Positions 10,156 through 19,977 of a DNA stretch of 64,000 bases are shown piece after piece. This DNA is from Patescibacteria group bacterium. Its GTDB lineage: Bacteria > Patescibacteriota > Saccharimonadia > CAILAD01 > BJGX01. Numbering within the stretch: position 1 is the stretch's first letter; each line of letters opens with the position of its first letter. The position numbers and the translations under genes are program-made. Under the pieces are notes generated by a model. The model worked only from the letters and a program-made list of their open reading frames with translations. It was not told the DNA's origin and searched no databases. Location: contig JAPLVO010000012.1 of assembly GCA_026397045.1 (NCBI GenBank), positions 10,654-74,653 of the forward strand. Direction: 5' to 3'.

Positions 10156-10682
10156 AGCACAATAAAAAACTTATCATATTTGGGGCTGGATTGCTGGTGT
10201 TAGGCTGGAGCTTGGCGTTTGGCAGGCCAAATAAGGGCACTGTCGCAGCCCAGGACGAATATGAGGTAAAAAATGTCATAGATGGCGACACATTGGAGAT
10301 AGTAAGATTTGGGAAAAATGAGAAAGTAAGATTTATAGGCATTGATACGCCCGAAACTTTGGACCCAAGAAAGCCAGTTCAATGCTTCGGAGAGCAGGCT
10401 TCCCAAAAGTCAAAGGATCGGCTATCGGGCAAAGTAGTTAGGATTGAGTTTGACCCAGTTGTAGGGGAAAGAGATAAGTATAATAGGCTACTGGCATATG
10501 TCTGGGTAAATGGCACAGAGCTATATAACCTTGAATTGCTTGAGCAAGGTTTTGCTCATGAGTATACCTATAGATCCCAAAGCTATAAGTACCAGAGCGC
10601 ATTTAAGCAAGCTGAAATGTCAGCTAAAAGTTCAGGCTTAGGGCTGTGGAGTAGTGATACCTGTTCGGGTATTACAAAATAG
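10152..10682 (+). CDS. Thermonuclease (SNase-like) family protein with N-terminal signal/anchor
   Basis: VIDGDTL, VRFIGIDTPE, RDKYNRLLAYV, GLGLWS. Confidence 0.92.
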   Translation: MKHNKKLIIFGAGLLVLGWSLAFGRPNKGTVAAQDEYEVKNVIDGDTLEIVRFGKNEKVRFIGIDTPETLDPRKPVQCFGEQASQKSKDRLSGKVVRIEFDPVVGERDKYNRLLAYVWVNGTELYNLELLEQGFAHEYTYRSQSYKYQSAFKQAEMSAKSSGLGLWSSDTCSGITK

Positions 10683-10698
10683 CTGTATACTAGTAGTC

Positions 10699-11181
10699 AT
10701 GGAACAAGTTCTAGACCCCGTAAAAAAGCAACGCGAGCGAGACTTAATAGAGCAGTTTATTAGCATCTGTCCTAAGTATTCGGGCTGGGCTTTCGAGTCG
10801 TATTCCGAAAACCCTGATATGATTTACACAAAGGGCTCCAATAGAATCGGCTTTGATAGCGTAATAATATCTGACGACCAGGCATCTGTTCAGTGTGTCT
10901 ATAGTCCAGAGCTATGTCAGATATCGCTGCCTGGCAATATTAGTCGTAGTGAAAGACTAAATAAGATTGAGACATTTTTTGCCAATAAGCTCTTTACTCA
11001 TCTCAGGAAGTATAGTGTGCCGACTGTTTTGGTTTTCACATTAGTCGATACCCAAGAAACTTCATTTGCAGATATAATTAATATAGCCAAGAAGTTCAAA
11101 CTCCCTAAGCTCGAGGTATTCAACATTCAGTCCTACTACCTTTGCGATAATTCGCAGTATGTGAAAATTGCCTCGACCTGA
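10699..11181 (+). CDS. Hypothetical protein, possibly degenerate PD-(D/E)xK fold
   Basis: Open frame with TATACT ending 7 nt before ATG; ENPDMIY...IGFD pattern. Confidence 0.6.
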   Translation: MEQVLDPVKKQRERDLIEQFISICPKYSGWAFESYSENPDMIYTKGSNRIGFDSVIISDDQASVQCVYSPELCQISLPGNISRSERLNKIETFFANKLFTHLRKYSVPTVLVFTLVDTQETSFADIINIAKKFKLPKLEVFNIQSYYLCDNSQYVKIAST

Positions 11182-11244
11182 AGTATGGTATATAGTATAG
11201 GCATAAGTACTTTGCAGTAATTAAATAAATATATTAAGGAGACC

Positions 11245-12027
11245 ATGTCTAAGAAAAAAAAGATAACTATTGAGGGCTTAAGGAAATTTAACATTTTCAT
11301 GTTTTTCTTTTTTGCCCTGCAAGCTGGAATATTGTTACTCATTGCCAGCCAAAAAGTAAAATTTCCAATAACTACCAACTATTTAACTTTCGATTTAGCT
11401 ACCGAGACCTTAGTATCATCTAGTAAAACGCTGTTTGACTTGCCCTTGGTTTGGCCAGTCATAGCCTTTGTTCTAATATGTATGTTGTCGCACCTGCTGA
11501 TTTCTACAATATGGTTTAGGGGCTACAAAAAAGACCTTAAGGCTGGCATGAACCGGGCTCGCTGGATAGAATATAGTTTTTCTGCCAGCATAATGATTGT
11601 GGCTATATCTCTGCTTACTGGTATATATGACCTATCAAGCTTAATAATGCTATTTGCGCTGGTTATGGTAATGAACTTGTGTGGCTTAATAATGGAAATA
11701 CACAACCAGACAACAGCAAAAACTAATTGGATTAGCTATATTGTGGGCTGTATTGCCGGCATAGTTCCCTGGGCAGTGATTGCTATTTACTTCTGGGCTA
11801 GTGCCTCTAGTGCCACTGGCGGCGCCCAAATACCGGCCTTTGTTTACTGGATATTTATAACCATCTTTATTTTCTTCAATTGCTTCGCCATAAACATGTT
11901 CTTGCAGTACAAAAAATGGGGGCCCTGGAGCAACTACCTGTATGGCGAGAGAGTGTATATTATTCTTAGCTTGGTAGCCAAAACAGCTCTTGTATGGCAA
12001 GTATTTGCCGGCACCCTTAGACCCTAA
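11245..12027 (+). CDS. heR: Heliorhodopsin
   Basis: Seven TM segments, basic N-terminus, NRARWIEYSFSASIM (TM3), ERVYIILSLVAK (retinal Lys, TM7); SD AAGGAG. Confidence 0.95.
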   Translation: MSKKKKITIEGLRKFNIFMFFFFALQAGILLLIASQKVKFPITTNYLTFDLATETLVSSSKTLFDLPLVWPVIAFVLICMLSHLLISTIWFRGYKKDLKAGMNRARWIEYSFSASIMIVAISLLTGIYDLSSLIMLFALVMVMNLCGLIMEIHNQTTAKTNWISYIVGCIAGIVPWAVIAIYFWASASSATGGAQIPAFVYWIFITIFIFFNCFAINMFLQYKKWGPWSNYLYGERVYIILSLVAKTALVWQVFAGTLRP

Positions 12028-12029
12028 AA

Positions 12030-13247
12030 ATGGCCCGCCGGTACAAGCTTAAGCGTACACTCGGTATATTCTTAGTAACTATTTATGGCCTAGGCAACAT
12101 AGTCGGAGCTGGCATATATGCTTTAGTAGGAAAAGTTGCAGGCGAAGCTGGAACAGCTACTCCATTGGCTTTTTTATTGGCATCTATCGTGGCTGGTTTT
12201 AGTGCATTATCTTTTGCAGAATTATCTAGCAGAAAACCATATAGCGAAGGTGTCTCGGCTTATGTGCATAACGCATTTCGCCGAAAGCCAGTTTCGATAG
12301 CCGTCGGCGCACTAATGGCAATCGCAACGGTTGTCTCGGCTGCCGCACTGGCTAGAGCTTTTGGAGGTTATCTTTACCAGTACACTGGTATATTTATCCC
12401 GCTTGGTGCAGCTCTTATAATTATCACTTTTGGATTGCTTTCGGCTTGGGGCATAGAAGAGTCAGCTAAGTTAGCAGCTGTACTAACGGTTATCGAGGTT
12501 CTTGGTCTGGGTGTTATTATCTGGCTAGGAAGGGGAAGTATAGTCGCTAGCGCTCAGACTCCAGCCAACTTTTTTGATATCAGTAGCGTAGGTATCACCG
12601 GCGTTTTGTCGGCAGTATTTTTGGCCTTTTATGCTTATATTGGCGTAGAGGACATTGTGCATTTGTCTGAAGAAACAAAAAAACCCAGGCTCACGGTTCC
12701 ATTCGCTATTATCGGAGCTGTAACAATAGCTACAGTTCTCTACACTCTGGTTTCAATAGTAGCCATAGATGCCGTTCCACTTGCCGAGCTTAACAAATCG
12801 GCTGCTCCCGTTGGTTTGATCTTTACTACATTATCGAGTACGCCGGGCTGGGCGATCGCTATTATTGCTCTTGCGGCTACAGCCGGAGGGGTGCTGGCAC
12901 ATATCATCAGTGGTTCGCGATTGCTTTTTGGTATGGCTGAGGCTGGTTGGCTTCACAAAAGACTGGCAATTGTACATGAGACACGCAAGACTCCAACCGT
13001 AACAATCGCGGTGGTTGTTGCTGTATCTATAGTTTTATCGACCTTCGCCGAGGTAAAGACTCTAGCGCTGGTTACTAGCTACCTTATACTAATTATATTT
13101 TCGCTGGTCGATACATCGCTTATAATTATCAAAATCAGAGACAAAAACACTAAAAAGCCAATCTTTTCTGTCAGTATGATAGTGCCTATTTTGGGTCTAG
13201 TATCTAGTATTTTACTGCTGGTGGTGCAGACCAGCATTTTGCTTTAG
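12030..13247 (+). CDS. APC superfamily amino acid permease
   Basis: GLGNIVGAGIYAL TM1 motif, SFAELSS, FYAYIGVE TM6 motif, SRLLFGMA; about 12 TM segments. Confidence 0.92.
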   Translation: MARRYKLKRTLGIFLVTIYGLGNIVGAGIYALVGKVAGEAGTATPLAFLLASIVAGFSALSFAELSSRKPYSEGVSAYVHNAFRRKPVSIAVGALMAIATVVSAAALARAFGGYLYQYTGIFIPLGAALIIITFGLLSAWGIEESAKLAAVLTVIEVLGLGVIIWLGRGSIVASAQTPANFFDISSVGITGVLSAVFLAFYAYIGVEDIVHLSEETKKPRLTVPFAIIGAVTIATVLYTLVSIVAIDAVPLAELNKSAAPVGLIFTTLSSTPGWAIAIIALAATAGGVLAHIISGSRLLFGMAEAGWLHKRLAIVHETRKTPTVTIAVVVAVSIVLSTFAEVKTLALVTSYLILIIFSLVDTSLIIIKIRDKNTKKPIFSVSMIVPILGLVSSILLLVVQTSILL

Positions 13248-13255
13248 CAAATCCG

Positions 13256-14431
13256 CTAATTACCAATAATATATAGCTCTTGTTCGGCCCTGGTGACCGC
13301 GGTATACAGCCAGCGTTGCCATTCGTCTTGGCTCATTTTTGGAAAGCGTTCCTCAAAAACCAACACCCGCTTGGCCTGCGAGCCTTGAGCCTTATGAACA
13401 GTCAGGCCATAGCCGAAATCAAACAGACCGACAGAGTCCTTCTGAGGCCTTTTAGGCACAGACTTAAGTGTAGTGGGGGCACCAAATTGTTCCCTCGGTG
13501 CAAAGCCCTCAAATTTAATCCCATCAAAATCGGCCGTAATGTCCCACCATAATTCTTCATCATCATGAGCGGCTGGAGTGATTTGTTCGATAAGGCCTAT
13601 TTGCCCGTTGCTGAGGCCTGATTCGCGGCTATTTTTTAGGCAAACAATAATATCATTACGCTGTGGGTCTGGGCCCTCCATCCCTTTAAGTAGCCTCACA
13701 TGGGCATTGAGTTTTTGACGCGTGCTGTTATAGCCACAGAGTATTAGTGTGTCGGTATTGTGACTTTGCAGTATCTCTTCAATCAGATCGCCAGTAAGAG
13801 GGTCGGCATTATCTAGCTTGGCCACTCCTTCACCATAGCTCATTATTGGTATTTGATTGCCATTTCTTGCTAGTGCTGAAATCGCTATAATAGGGCTTTC
13901 AGCAGCTTGTCGCCATATTCTATCTAGCGTTAGATCCGGCTCTAGCATTAGATTAAAGCTGCTGCCAATTGGCGGCAGCTGGCCATGGTCTCCAACTGCC
14001 AGAACTGGCTTGCCAAAACTGAGGAGGTCAGCCCATATCTCCTCGCTGACCATACTAGCCTCATCGACCACCACCAAATCGACTCTCAAGAAATCGCGCT
14101 TTCGCCATTTTGGCGCATCCCCCTTACTGGACTCAGAATAATACATCAGGCCATGCAGTGTAGATATAGAATCGCCAGGCTGCAAGATATTATCAGCCAC
14201 TAATTTGCGTTTTAGCACTAGTGTTGCCTTGCCAGTATAGGCAGCAAAGCCAACCTTCATGCTCGGGATGTTAGTTTGCAAGACTCTACGCAAAGCAGCT
14301 AGCAGAGTGGTTTTGCCAGTACCAGCATAGCCACCTAGGGTAAGGTATTGTTTACCACCGCCCTTGGCGATTTTTAGCCAAGCCCCAATAGCACTTAAAG
14401 CTACGCCCTGCTGATTGGTAAGTTTTTGCAT
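13256..14431 (-). CDS. RecD/Dda-like SF1B helicase (short form)
   Basis: GYAGTGKTT, VVDEASM, VGDHGQLPP, TVHKAQGS, LYTAVTRA. Confidence 0.9.
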   Translation of the reverse strand: MQKLTNQQGVALSAIGAWLKIAKGGGKQYLTLGGYAGTGKTTLLAALRRVLQTNIPSMKVGFAAYTGKATLVLKRKLVADNILQPGDSISTLHGLMYYSESSKGDAPKWRKRDFLRVDLVVVDEASMVSEEIWADLLSFGKPVLAVGDHGQLPPIGSSFNLMLEPDLTLDRIWRQAAESPIIAISALARNGNQIPIMSYGEGVAKLDNADPLTGDLIEEILQSHNTDTLILCGYNSTRQKLNAHVRLLKGMEGPDPQRNDIIVCLKNSRESGLSNGQIGLIEQITPAAHDDEELWWDITADFDGIKFEGFAPREQFGAPTTLKSVPKRPQKDSVGLFDFGYGLTVHKAQGSQAKRVLVFEERFPKMSQDEWQRWLYTAVTRAEQELYIIGN

Positions 14432-14532
14432 CTACAGTATTGTATCAGTAATTATACTTTAGTATCACTGCAAAAAAGAATTATTATATAATTAACAACA
14501 AAATAGTTTTTATTTGCTATAATATGGTCAAT

Positions 14533-15468
14533 ATGACTAAAGAATTAAAAACTAAAAAATATGATTTGATCATTATTGGTGCTGGCCCTGCGGGCTACAC
14601 TGCCGCCATATACGCAGCTAGGGCTAGTCTTAAAGTACTTATGATTTCAGGTACCACCCCCGGAGGTCAGCTACTACTTACCAGCGAAGTAGAGAACTTT
14701 CCGGGCTTTAAGGACGGCATCAAGGGCCCTGAGCTGATGGATGAAATGAAAGCCCAGGCACTCCGTTTCGGGGCTACGATCGTCCAGGAGATAGCCACAA
14801 AAGTAGAGCTCGGTGGCCAGCCTAAAAAGGTCTGGGTTGGCAAATCTCAATTTCACGCCAAATCCATAATAATTTCTACTGGCGCAAGTGCTAACTGGCT
14901 CGGGCTAGATAACGAGCAGCGCTTGATGGGCAATGGCATATCGTCTTGTGCTACCTGCGATGCGTTCTTTTATCAGGATAAGCATGTAGTGGTGGTTGGC
15001 GGTGGCGATAGCGCAATGGAAGAAGCCCTGACACTAGCAAAATTTGCCAGTAAGGTCACAATAGTGCATCGTCGTAGTGAGTTTCGGGCTAGCAAAATAA
15101 TGCAAGAAAGAGTACTAAGTAATGAAAAGATTACGGTCAAGTGGAATAAAACCGTAGTAGATGTATTGGGCCGAGACAGAGTTGAGGGTGTAAAGCTCAA
15201 GGACCTAGTGACCTCCAAGGAGTCTAGCCTAAAGTGCGATGGTATGTTTGTCGCAATCGGCCATACTCCAGCCACAGAGCTATTCAAGGGCACTCTCGAA
15301 ACCGACTCCAAAGGCTATCTTGCGACCAAGGATAATGTCAAGACAGCTTTGTCTGGAGTATTTGCAGCCGGGGATGTAACAGACCCTCACTATAGGCAGG
15401 CCATAACAGCTGCCGGCGACGGCTGCAGGGCCGCGCTAGAAGCTGAGCGCTATATTGAATCCAGCTAG
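14533..15468 (+). CDS. trxB: Thioredoxin-disulfide reductase
   Basis: IIGAGPAG, CATCD, GGGDSAME, HRR, AAGDV; ATG 14524 abuts the -10 box, so 14533 is preferred. Confidence 0.97.
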   Translation: MTKELKTKKYDLIIIGAGPAGYTAAIYAARASLKVLMISGTTPGGQLLLTSEVENFPGFKDGIKGPELMDEMKAQALRFGATIVQEIATKVELGGQPKKVWVGKSQFHAKSIIISTGASANWLGLDNEQRLMGNGISSCATCDAFFYQDKHVVVVGGGDSAMEEALTLAKFASKVTIVHRRSEFRASKIMQERVLSNEKITVKWNKTVVDVLGRDRVEGVKLKDLVTSKESSLKCDGMFVAIGHTPATELFKGTLETDSKGYLATKDNVKTALSGVFAAGDVTDPHYRQAITAAGDGCRAALEAERYIESS

Positions 15469-15535
15469 GCCAAGTTCATTAATTCATTCTAAATTTAGCC
15501 TCTCTTATATCAGACTGATGATTACACCTAGCAAA

Positions 15536-15559
15536 AAACGCCCTTGAAGAGGGGCGTTT
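15536..15559. terminator. Intrinsic terminator between convergent trxB and rplU
   Basis: AAACGCCC...GGGCGTTT hairpin with A-run on the left. Confidence 0.75.
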
Positions 15560-15577
15560 GTACTTATATTTACTAGT

Positions 15578-15889
15578 TTACTTAGTGTTTATAGCTGTAA
15601 TCTCTAATATAGTGTGTCGCTGACGGTGGCCAGTGAGAGTTTTTTGACGCTTCTTGGCCTTATATTTTAGGATCTTAACTTTATCGGCCTTAACATCGGC
15701 TTCCACGACCTTAGCTACTACAGTGGCGTTTTCAATAACAGGCTTGCCGACCTGGATATTGTCACCATCTATCAGCAATAGGGCTTGGAACTCAATCACA
15801 TCTTTGTCGGAGTGTAAAAGCTCGGCCTCAATAATGTGGCCTTTTTCTACCATAAACTGCTTTGAACCTGATTCTATTACTGCTATCAT
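15578..15889 (-). CDS. rplU: 50S ribosomal protein L21
   Basis: AVIESGSKQFMV, KYKAKKR...GHRQ. Confidence 0.95.
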   Translation of the reverse strand: MIAVIESGSKQFMVEKGHIIEAELLHSDKDVIEFQALLLIDGDNIQVGKPVIENATVVAKVVEADVKADKVKILKYKAKKRQKTLTGHRQRHTILEITAINTK

Positions 15890-15999
15890 TTTGAGTTTCC
15901 TTTCTATGCCAGTTATTAAAAGACAATTTAAAATTGTAGCACAAAAGTAGCCTATCTGTAAAGAATTAATTTAAGAGCAAATACTGCTATAATATTAAT

Positions 16000-16767
16000 A
16001 TGCACGGAGACAGCAAAATAATAATAGTTGCCAATCAAAAAGGCGGCGTTGGAAAGACTACCACAGCAATTAATTGCGCCGCGTACTTGGCTAAATCTGC
16101 TCGTAATGTCTTACTAGTAGATTTAGACCCCCAGGGCAATAGTACCAGCGGCTTAGCGGTCGATAAGAACAGTCTTAAACATAGCGTTTATGATGTCTTG
16201 ATCAATTCAGTTCCGGCGACCGATTGCATTGTTGCAACAACAGTGCCGAATCTCCATCTTTTACCATCTAATTCAATTTTGGCAGCAGCAGAGGTTGAAC
16301 TCAGTGCTGTTGATGGCAGGGAATACATCCTGGCCAATGCTCTATCCGAACTGAAATATGATGTAATTATCATCGACAGCCCTCCATCTCTGGGGCTACT
16401 AACCCTAAATGGTTTTGTGGCAAGTGATTTTGTGCTAATCCCCGTACAAAGCGAATACTATGCCCTAGAGGGGCTCTCGGAATTATTAAATACTATTAAG
16501 CGTGTCAGGGTTGGGCTTAATAAGCAGCTGCAAATACTTGGTGTGGTTGTTACCATGCACAACAAACGCACCAGCCTAGGCGAACAGGTATTAGCTGAAT
16601 TGCGTAAGCACTTTCCGGAGAAGCTATTTGACACAGTAGTGCCACGCAATATACGCTTAGCAGAAGCTCCCAGCCATGGTCGCCCTATTTACGAATACGA
16701 CCGTTTCAGCAAGGGGGCACTGGCCTATAAGAAGTTATCTAAAGAAATCGAAGGGAGGTTGTTTTAA
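16000..16767 (+). CDS. parA: Chromosome partitioning ATPase ParA/Soj
   Basis: NQKGGVGKTT, DLDPQGN, DSPPSLG, PVQSEYYALEG, LAEAPSHG. Confidence 0.96.
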   Translation: MHGDSKIIIVANQKGGVGKTTTAINCAAYLAKSARNVLLVDLDPQGNSTSGLAVDKNSLKHSVYDVLINSVPATDCIVATTVPNLHLLPSNSILAAAEVELSAVDGREYILANALSELKYDVIIIDSPPSLGLLTLNGFVASDFVLIPVQSEYYALEGLSELLNTIKRVRVGLNKQLQILGVVVTMHNKRTSLGEQVLAELRKHFPEKLFDTVVPRNIRLAEAPSHGRPIYEYDRFSKGALAYKKLSKEIEGRLF

Positions 16768-17660
16768 TGGCTACTAAGAATAGATTAGGCAGAGGACTAG
16801 ATGCGCTAATCCCTGTTAATATGGATGAGTTTGTGGCCGATAGCTTACCCGACGGTCTTAAGGATAATTCCAACGATGTTGCTACGATCGCTATCGATAA
16901 GATATCCCCCAACCCCCACCAACCTCGCTCTGAATTTTTAGAAAGTGATCTCAAGGATTTAGCTAGTAGTATTAAGCTGCATGGCGTAATTCAGCCCTTG
17001 GTCGTTATTAAAACCAAGCCTGGGTATTTTCAGCTAGTTGCCGGCGAGCGTCGTATGAGGGCATCTAAGCTAGCAGGCCTAAGCACCGTACCAGCAATTG
17101 TGAGAACTTTTAGTGAGCAAGAGCAGCTGGAGTTAGCCGTCATAGAAAACATTCAGAGGGCTGATCTCAAACCACTAGAAGTCGCTATCGCCTACAATAA
17201 ATTAGTCGATCAATTCAACTTAACGCACCTTCAGATCTCTAAGCGAGTCGGTAAGGGTGCCTCGACAGTTTCAAATGCCATAAGGCTGGTTAATTTGCCT
17301 CATCCCGCCAAGTTAGCTCTACAAAAGGGCCAGATATCAGAGGGCCACGCCAGAGCGATACTATCCTTAAACGAAACTGCCGATCAGCTTCAGCTATTAG
17401 AAACAATCATTAAATCTAGGCTGACAGTGCGTGAAGCAGAGGAAGCCGTTCGCCGATATAAAGACGGCAATGTGGATTCTAAGCCGCCTAAAGCCGTAAA
17501 GATTAGATCTGAACATGCGGTACTTATAAATAGTATCGGGAAATATCTTGCGACAAAGGTAACTATCCATAAGACAGCCAAGGGTGGTAGGCTTCAGATA
17601 GAGTACTACTCAGATGAAGAGCTTGAGAGAATAGCCGAACAGATAAAGGGCCAAAACTAG
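16767..17660 (+). CDS. parB: Chromosome partitioning protein ParB/Spo0J
   Basis: LGRGLDALI, NPHQPR, AGERRMRA, ENIQR, SEGHARA. Confidence 0.96.
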   Translation: MATKNRLGRGLDALIPVNMDEFVADSLPDGLKDNSNDVATIAIDKISPNPHQPRSEFLESDLKDLASSIKLHGVIQPLVVIKTKPGYFQLVAGERRMRASKLAGLSTVPAIVRTFSEQEQLELAVIENIQRADLKPLEVAIAYNKLVDQFNLTHLQISKRVGKGASTVSNAIRLVNLPHPAKLALQKGQISEGHARAILSLNETADQLQLLETIIKSRLTVREAEEAVRRYKDGNVDSKPPKAVKIRSEHAVLINSIGKYLATKVTIHKTAKGGRLQIEYYSDEELERIAEQIKGQN

Positions 17661-17664
17661 CTTA

Positions 17665-18489
17665 TTATTTATATTCCGCTGGCCCTAAAAATCCAATATC
17701 ATTTAAAGGTAGAAGCCTGAAGAAGGCGTTGCCAGATATGTTCTTCTGAGGCAGTTGGCCCCAGAATCTAGAGTCATAGCTACCGCCAGGGGATCTGTTG
17801 TCCCCGACAGTAAAGACATTCCCAGGTGCTATTATTTCGTCAACTTCACCCTCCGAAATGTATGCAGGATCTATGTAGGGCTCTTTTAGTATGAAGCCAT
17901 TAGGGCTTTCTTTATTATATATTTTGAATACACCATTTTTTAATGTGATTCGCTCGCCAGGGAGGGCGATGACTCTTTTAACATAAAACAGCTCAGCGTT
18001 TTCTGGTGGCCTAAAAACTAGTACATCGCCACGCTTAATGTCCATGCCTTTTTTGTTACCCCAAATGGCCGATACATTATTTAGCGAGGATGCTAGCTTA
18101 TTTATTAAAATGTAGTCGCCGTCATTATAGCCGGGGTTCATACTGCTGCCACTAACATAGTAGGCCTGAAAAACAAAAGTATTGATAAATATCACCACTG
18201 CAGCGGCAATTAGAAGGGTTTTGAGAAGCTCCCAGGCAACATGAAGTATGCCTTTTTTTGGTTCAACCTCGGTTTCCTGGTGAGTGCGAGTCTGAGATTC
18301 TGCGAAATCATTAAATTCAACAACATCCCGATTGAGATCATGGGGCTCCTTGGCGGCAGCTGGGCTATTGTTGCCGGCTATTTGATTCTTGGTTGGACTG
18401 TTGGGCGCGATCACGCTACCTGGCTTTAGGAGGTCGGATTCGTCTAGTCTTGCCGTAAGGTCGACCGGTTCGTTATTGTTATTATCCAT
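17665..18489 (-). CDS. lepB: Signal peptidase I with N-terminal extension
   Basis: VSGSSMNP (Ser), YVKRVIALPGE (Lys), GDNR, DSRFWG; start from TGcTATAAT ending 7 nt upstream. Confidence 0.93.
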   Translation of the reverse strand: MDNNNNEPVDLTARLDESDLLKPGSVIAPNSPTKNQIAGNNSPAAAKEPHDLNRDVVEFNDFAESQTRTHQETEVEPKKGILHVAWELLKTLLIAAAVVIFINTFVFQAYYVSGSSMNPGYNDGDYILINKLASSLNNVSAIWGNKKGMDIKRGDVLVFRPPENAELFYVKRVIALPGERITLKNGVFKIYNKESPNGFILKEPYIDPAYISEGEVDEIIAPGNVFTVGDNRSPGGSYDSRFWGQLPQKNISGNAFFRLLPLNDIGFLGPAEYK

Positions 18490-18582
18490 TATCATAATTA
18501 TAGCAGCTTGAAAGTGGATATTAAGCACTTTGCCTATAATTGTTTCCTACTAAGCCCTTATGGCATATAATAGGTTATATAC

Positions 18583-19977
18583 ATGAAGTCCAAAAAACAG
18601 CACAAGGATAGCCAGACTTCTACTATCCAAAAAGATTTGACCAAACCAATAAAGACCAAGAAAAAGTACCGCTGGGGCTTAAGGTTAATTGTTGCGGTTA
18701 TAATTTTAGTTATACTTGCAGTAGGTGCTATAGCCGTAAGATCGTTAACATCTTTAAATAAGGTTCTGCAAAAAAGAACTGGTATCGCCGCCGCCGGCCT
18801 AAAAGGAGACCTAGAGCTAAGTAAACTTAAGGGCGAGGGAGAGGGTAGGGTAAATATTTTATTATTAGGAACTGGTGACGCTGGCCATGCGGGCGAAGGC
18901 TTAACCGATACTATGATTGTAGCTAGCATAGACCCTAAATCGAAGGATGTAGCGATGCTTGGTATTCCTAGGGACTTATATGTCAAGATCCCAGGCTTTG
19001 GCTGGGACAAGGTTAACTCGGCACATGCCCTAGCCGAGCAGGAGAATCCTGGGTCAGGCCCTGAACTAGCCAAGAAGACAATTAGTGAGTTTATTGGCCA
19101 GCCAATACACTACTTTGTTCGACTGGATTTCACTGGCTTGAAATCAGCGGTGGACTCCCTAGGGGGTGTAGATATTTATAATTCCTCATACCTAAGCGAC
19201 ACCGAGTACCCCTGCGACACGAGTGAATCAAAATCTTGCGGGTTCAAGCTAAACTCCGGCTATTACCATATGGATGGAGCCTTGGCCCTAAAGTATGCGA
19301 GATGCCGCAAGGGTACTTGCGGCGATGATTATGGACGCGCAAGGCGACAGCAATCAGTGGTAGTGGGCATGCGAGATCAGGCATTACGGCTTGGTAATAT
19401 CTTGAACCCTGCTAAGGTCGCTGATCTTATCGGAATCGCTGGGGATCACTTGAAGACAGACATAAGTATCGATGAGTTAAAGCGTTTAGCCGATCTAGCC
19501 AGTAAGGTCAACTCCAACAAAATAGCTAATAAGGTGCTTGATTCGGAAAATGAAGGCCTGGTAGTTAACAGTAGTGTCGGTGAAGCCAGTGTTGTCGTGC
19601 CCGCGGCGGGAATCGGCAAATATGGCGGGATAAAGTCTTTCGTAAGAAGTATTTTTATTGATGGCTATGTCAAAAGCGAGTTGGCTAAGGTAGAAATAAA
19701 GAACTCAAATGCTAAGCCAGGAGCAGTGTATGCCCTATCCTCAATATTGAAATCTCTCGGCTATAATGTTATAAATACTTCAGCCGTTCAAGATAAAGGC
19801 AACGGTAACGGTAACACTCAGATCTTAGATTATACTAATGGGTCTAGTCCCTATACTCTAAAGTACCTGGAGAACAGATTGAAGCAGCCAGTTTCGAAAG
19901 CTGAAAAGCCCGCTGGTAGCCAGGCCGATATAGTAATTATTTTAGGAGCAGAATATGAACCTCAAGGCAACATTTAA
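18583..19977 (+). CDS. LCP (LytR-CpsA-Psr) family protein with LytR C-terminal domain
   Basis: N-terminal TM, NILLLGTG, TDTMIV, IPRDLYV, DDYGRARRQQ, DIVIILGAEY. Confidence 0.93.
   Translation: MKSKKQHKDSQTSTIQKDLTKPIKTKKKYRWGLRLIVAVIILVILAVGAIAVRSLTSLNKVLQKRTGIAAAGLKGDLELSKLKGEGEGRVNILLLGTGDAGHAGEGLTDTMIVASIDPKSKDVAMLGIPRDLYVKIPGFGWDKVNSAHALAEQENPGSGPELAKKTISEFIGQPIHYFVRLDFTGLKSAVDSLGGVDIYNSSYLSDTEYPCDTSESKSCGFKLNSGYYHMDGALALKYARCRKGTCGDDYGRARRQQSVVVGMRDQALRLGNILNPAKVADLIGIAGDHLKTDISIDELKRLADLASKVNSNKIANKVLDSENEGLVVNSSVGEASVVVPAAGIGKYGGIKSFVRSIFIDGYVKSELAKVEIKNSNAKPGAVYALSSILKSLGYNVINTSAVQDKGNGNGNTQILDYTNGSSPYTLKYLENRLKQPVSKAEKPAGSQADIVIILGAEYEPQGNI

Noticed and set aside
13256-14431. RecD/Dda-like helicase or the AAA_33 kinase (26823-27278) as prophage or defence markers
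   Set aside because: Both are isolated genes among housekeeping loci with no phage or defence partners nearby.
15890-17700. parS site near parAB
   Set aside because: I did not see a TGTTTCACGTGAAACA-like palindrome by eye; a motif scan is needed.
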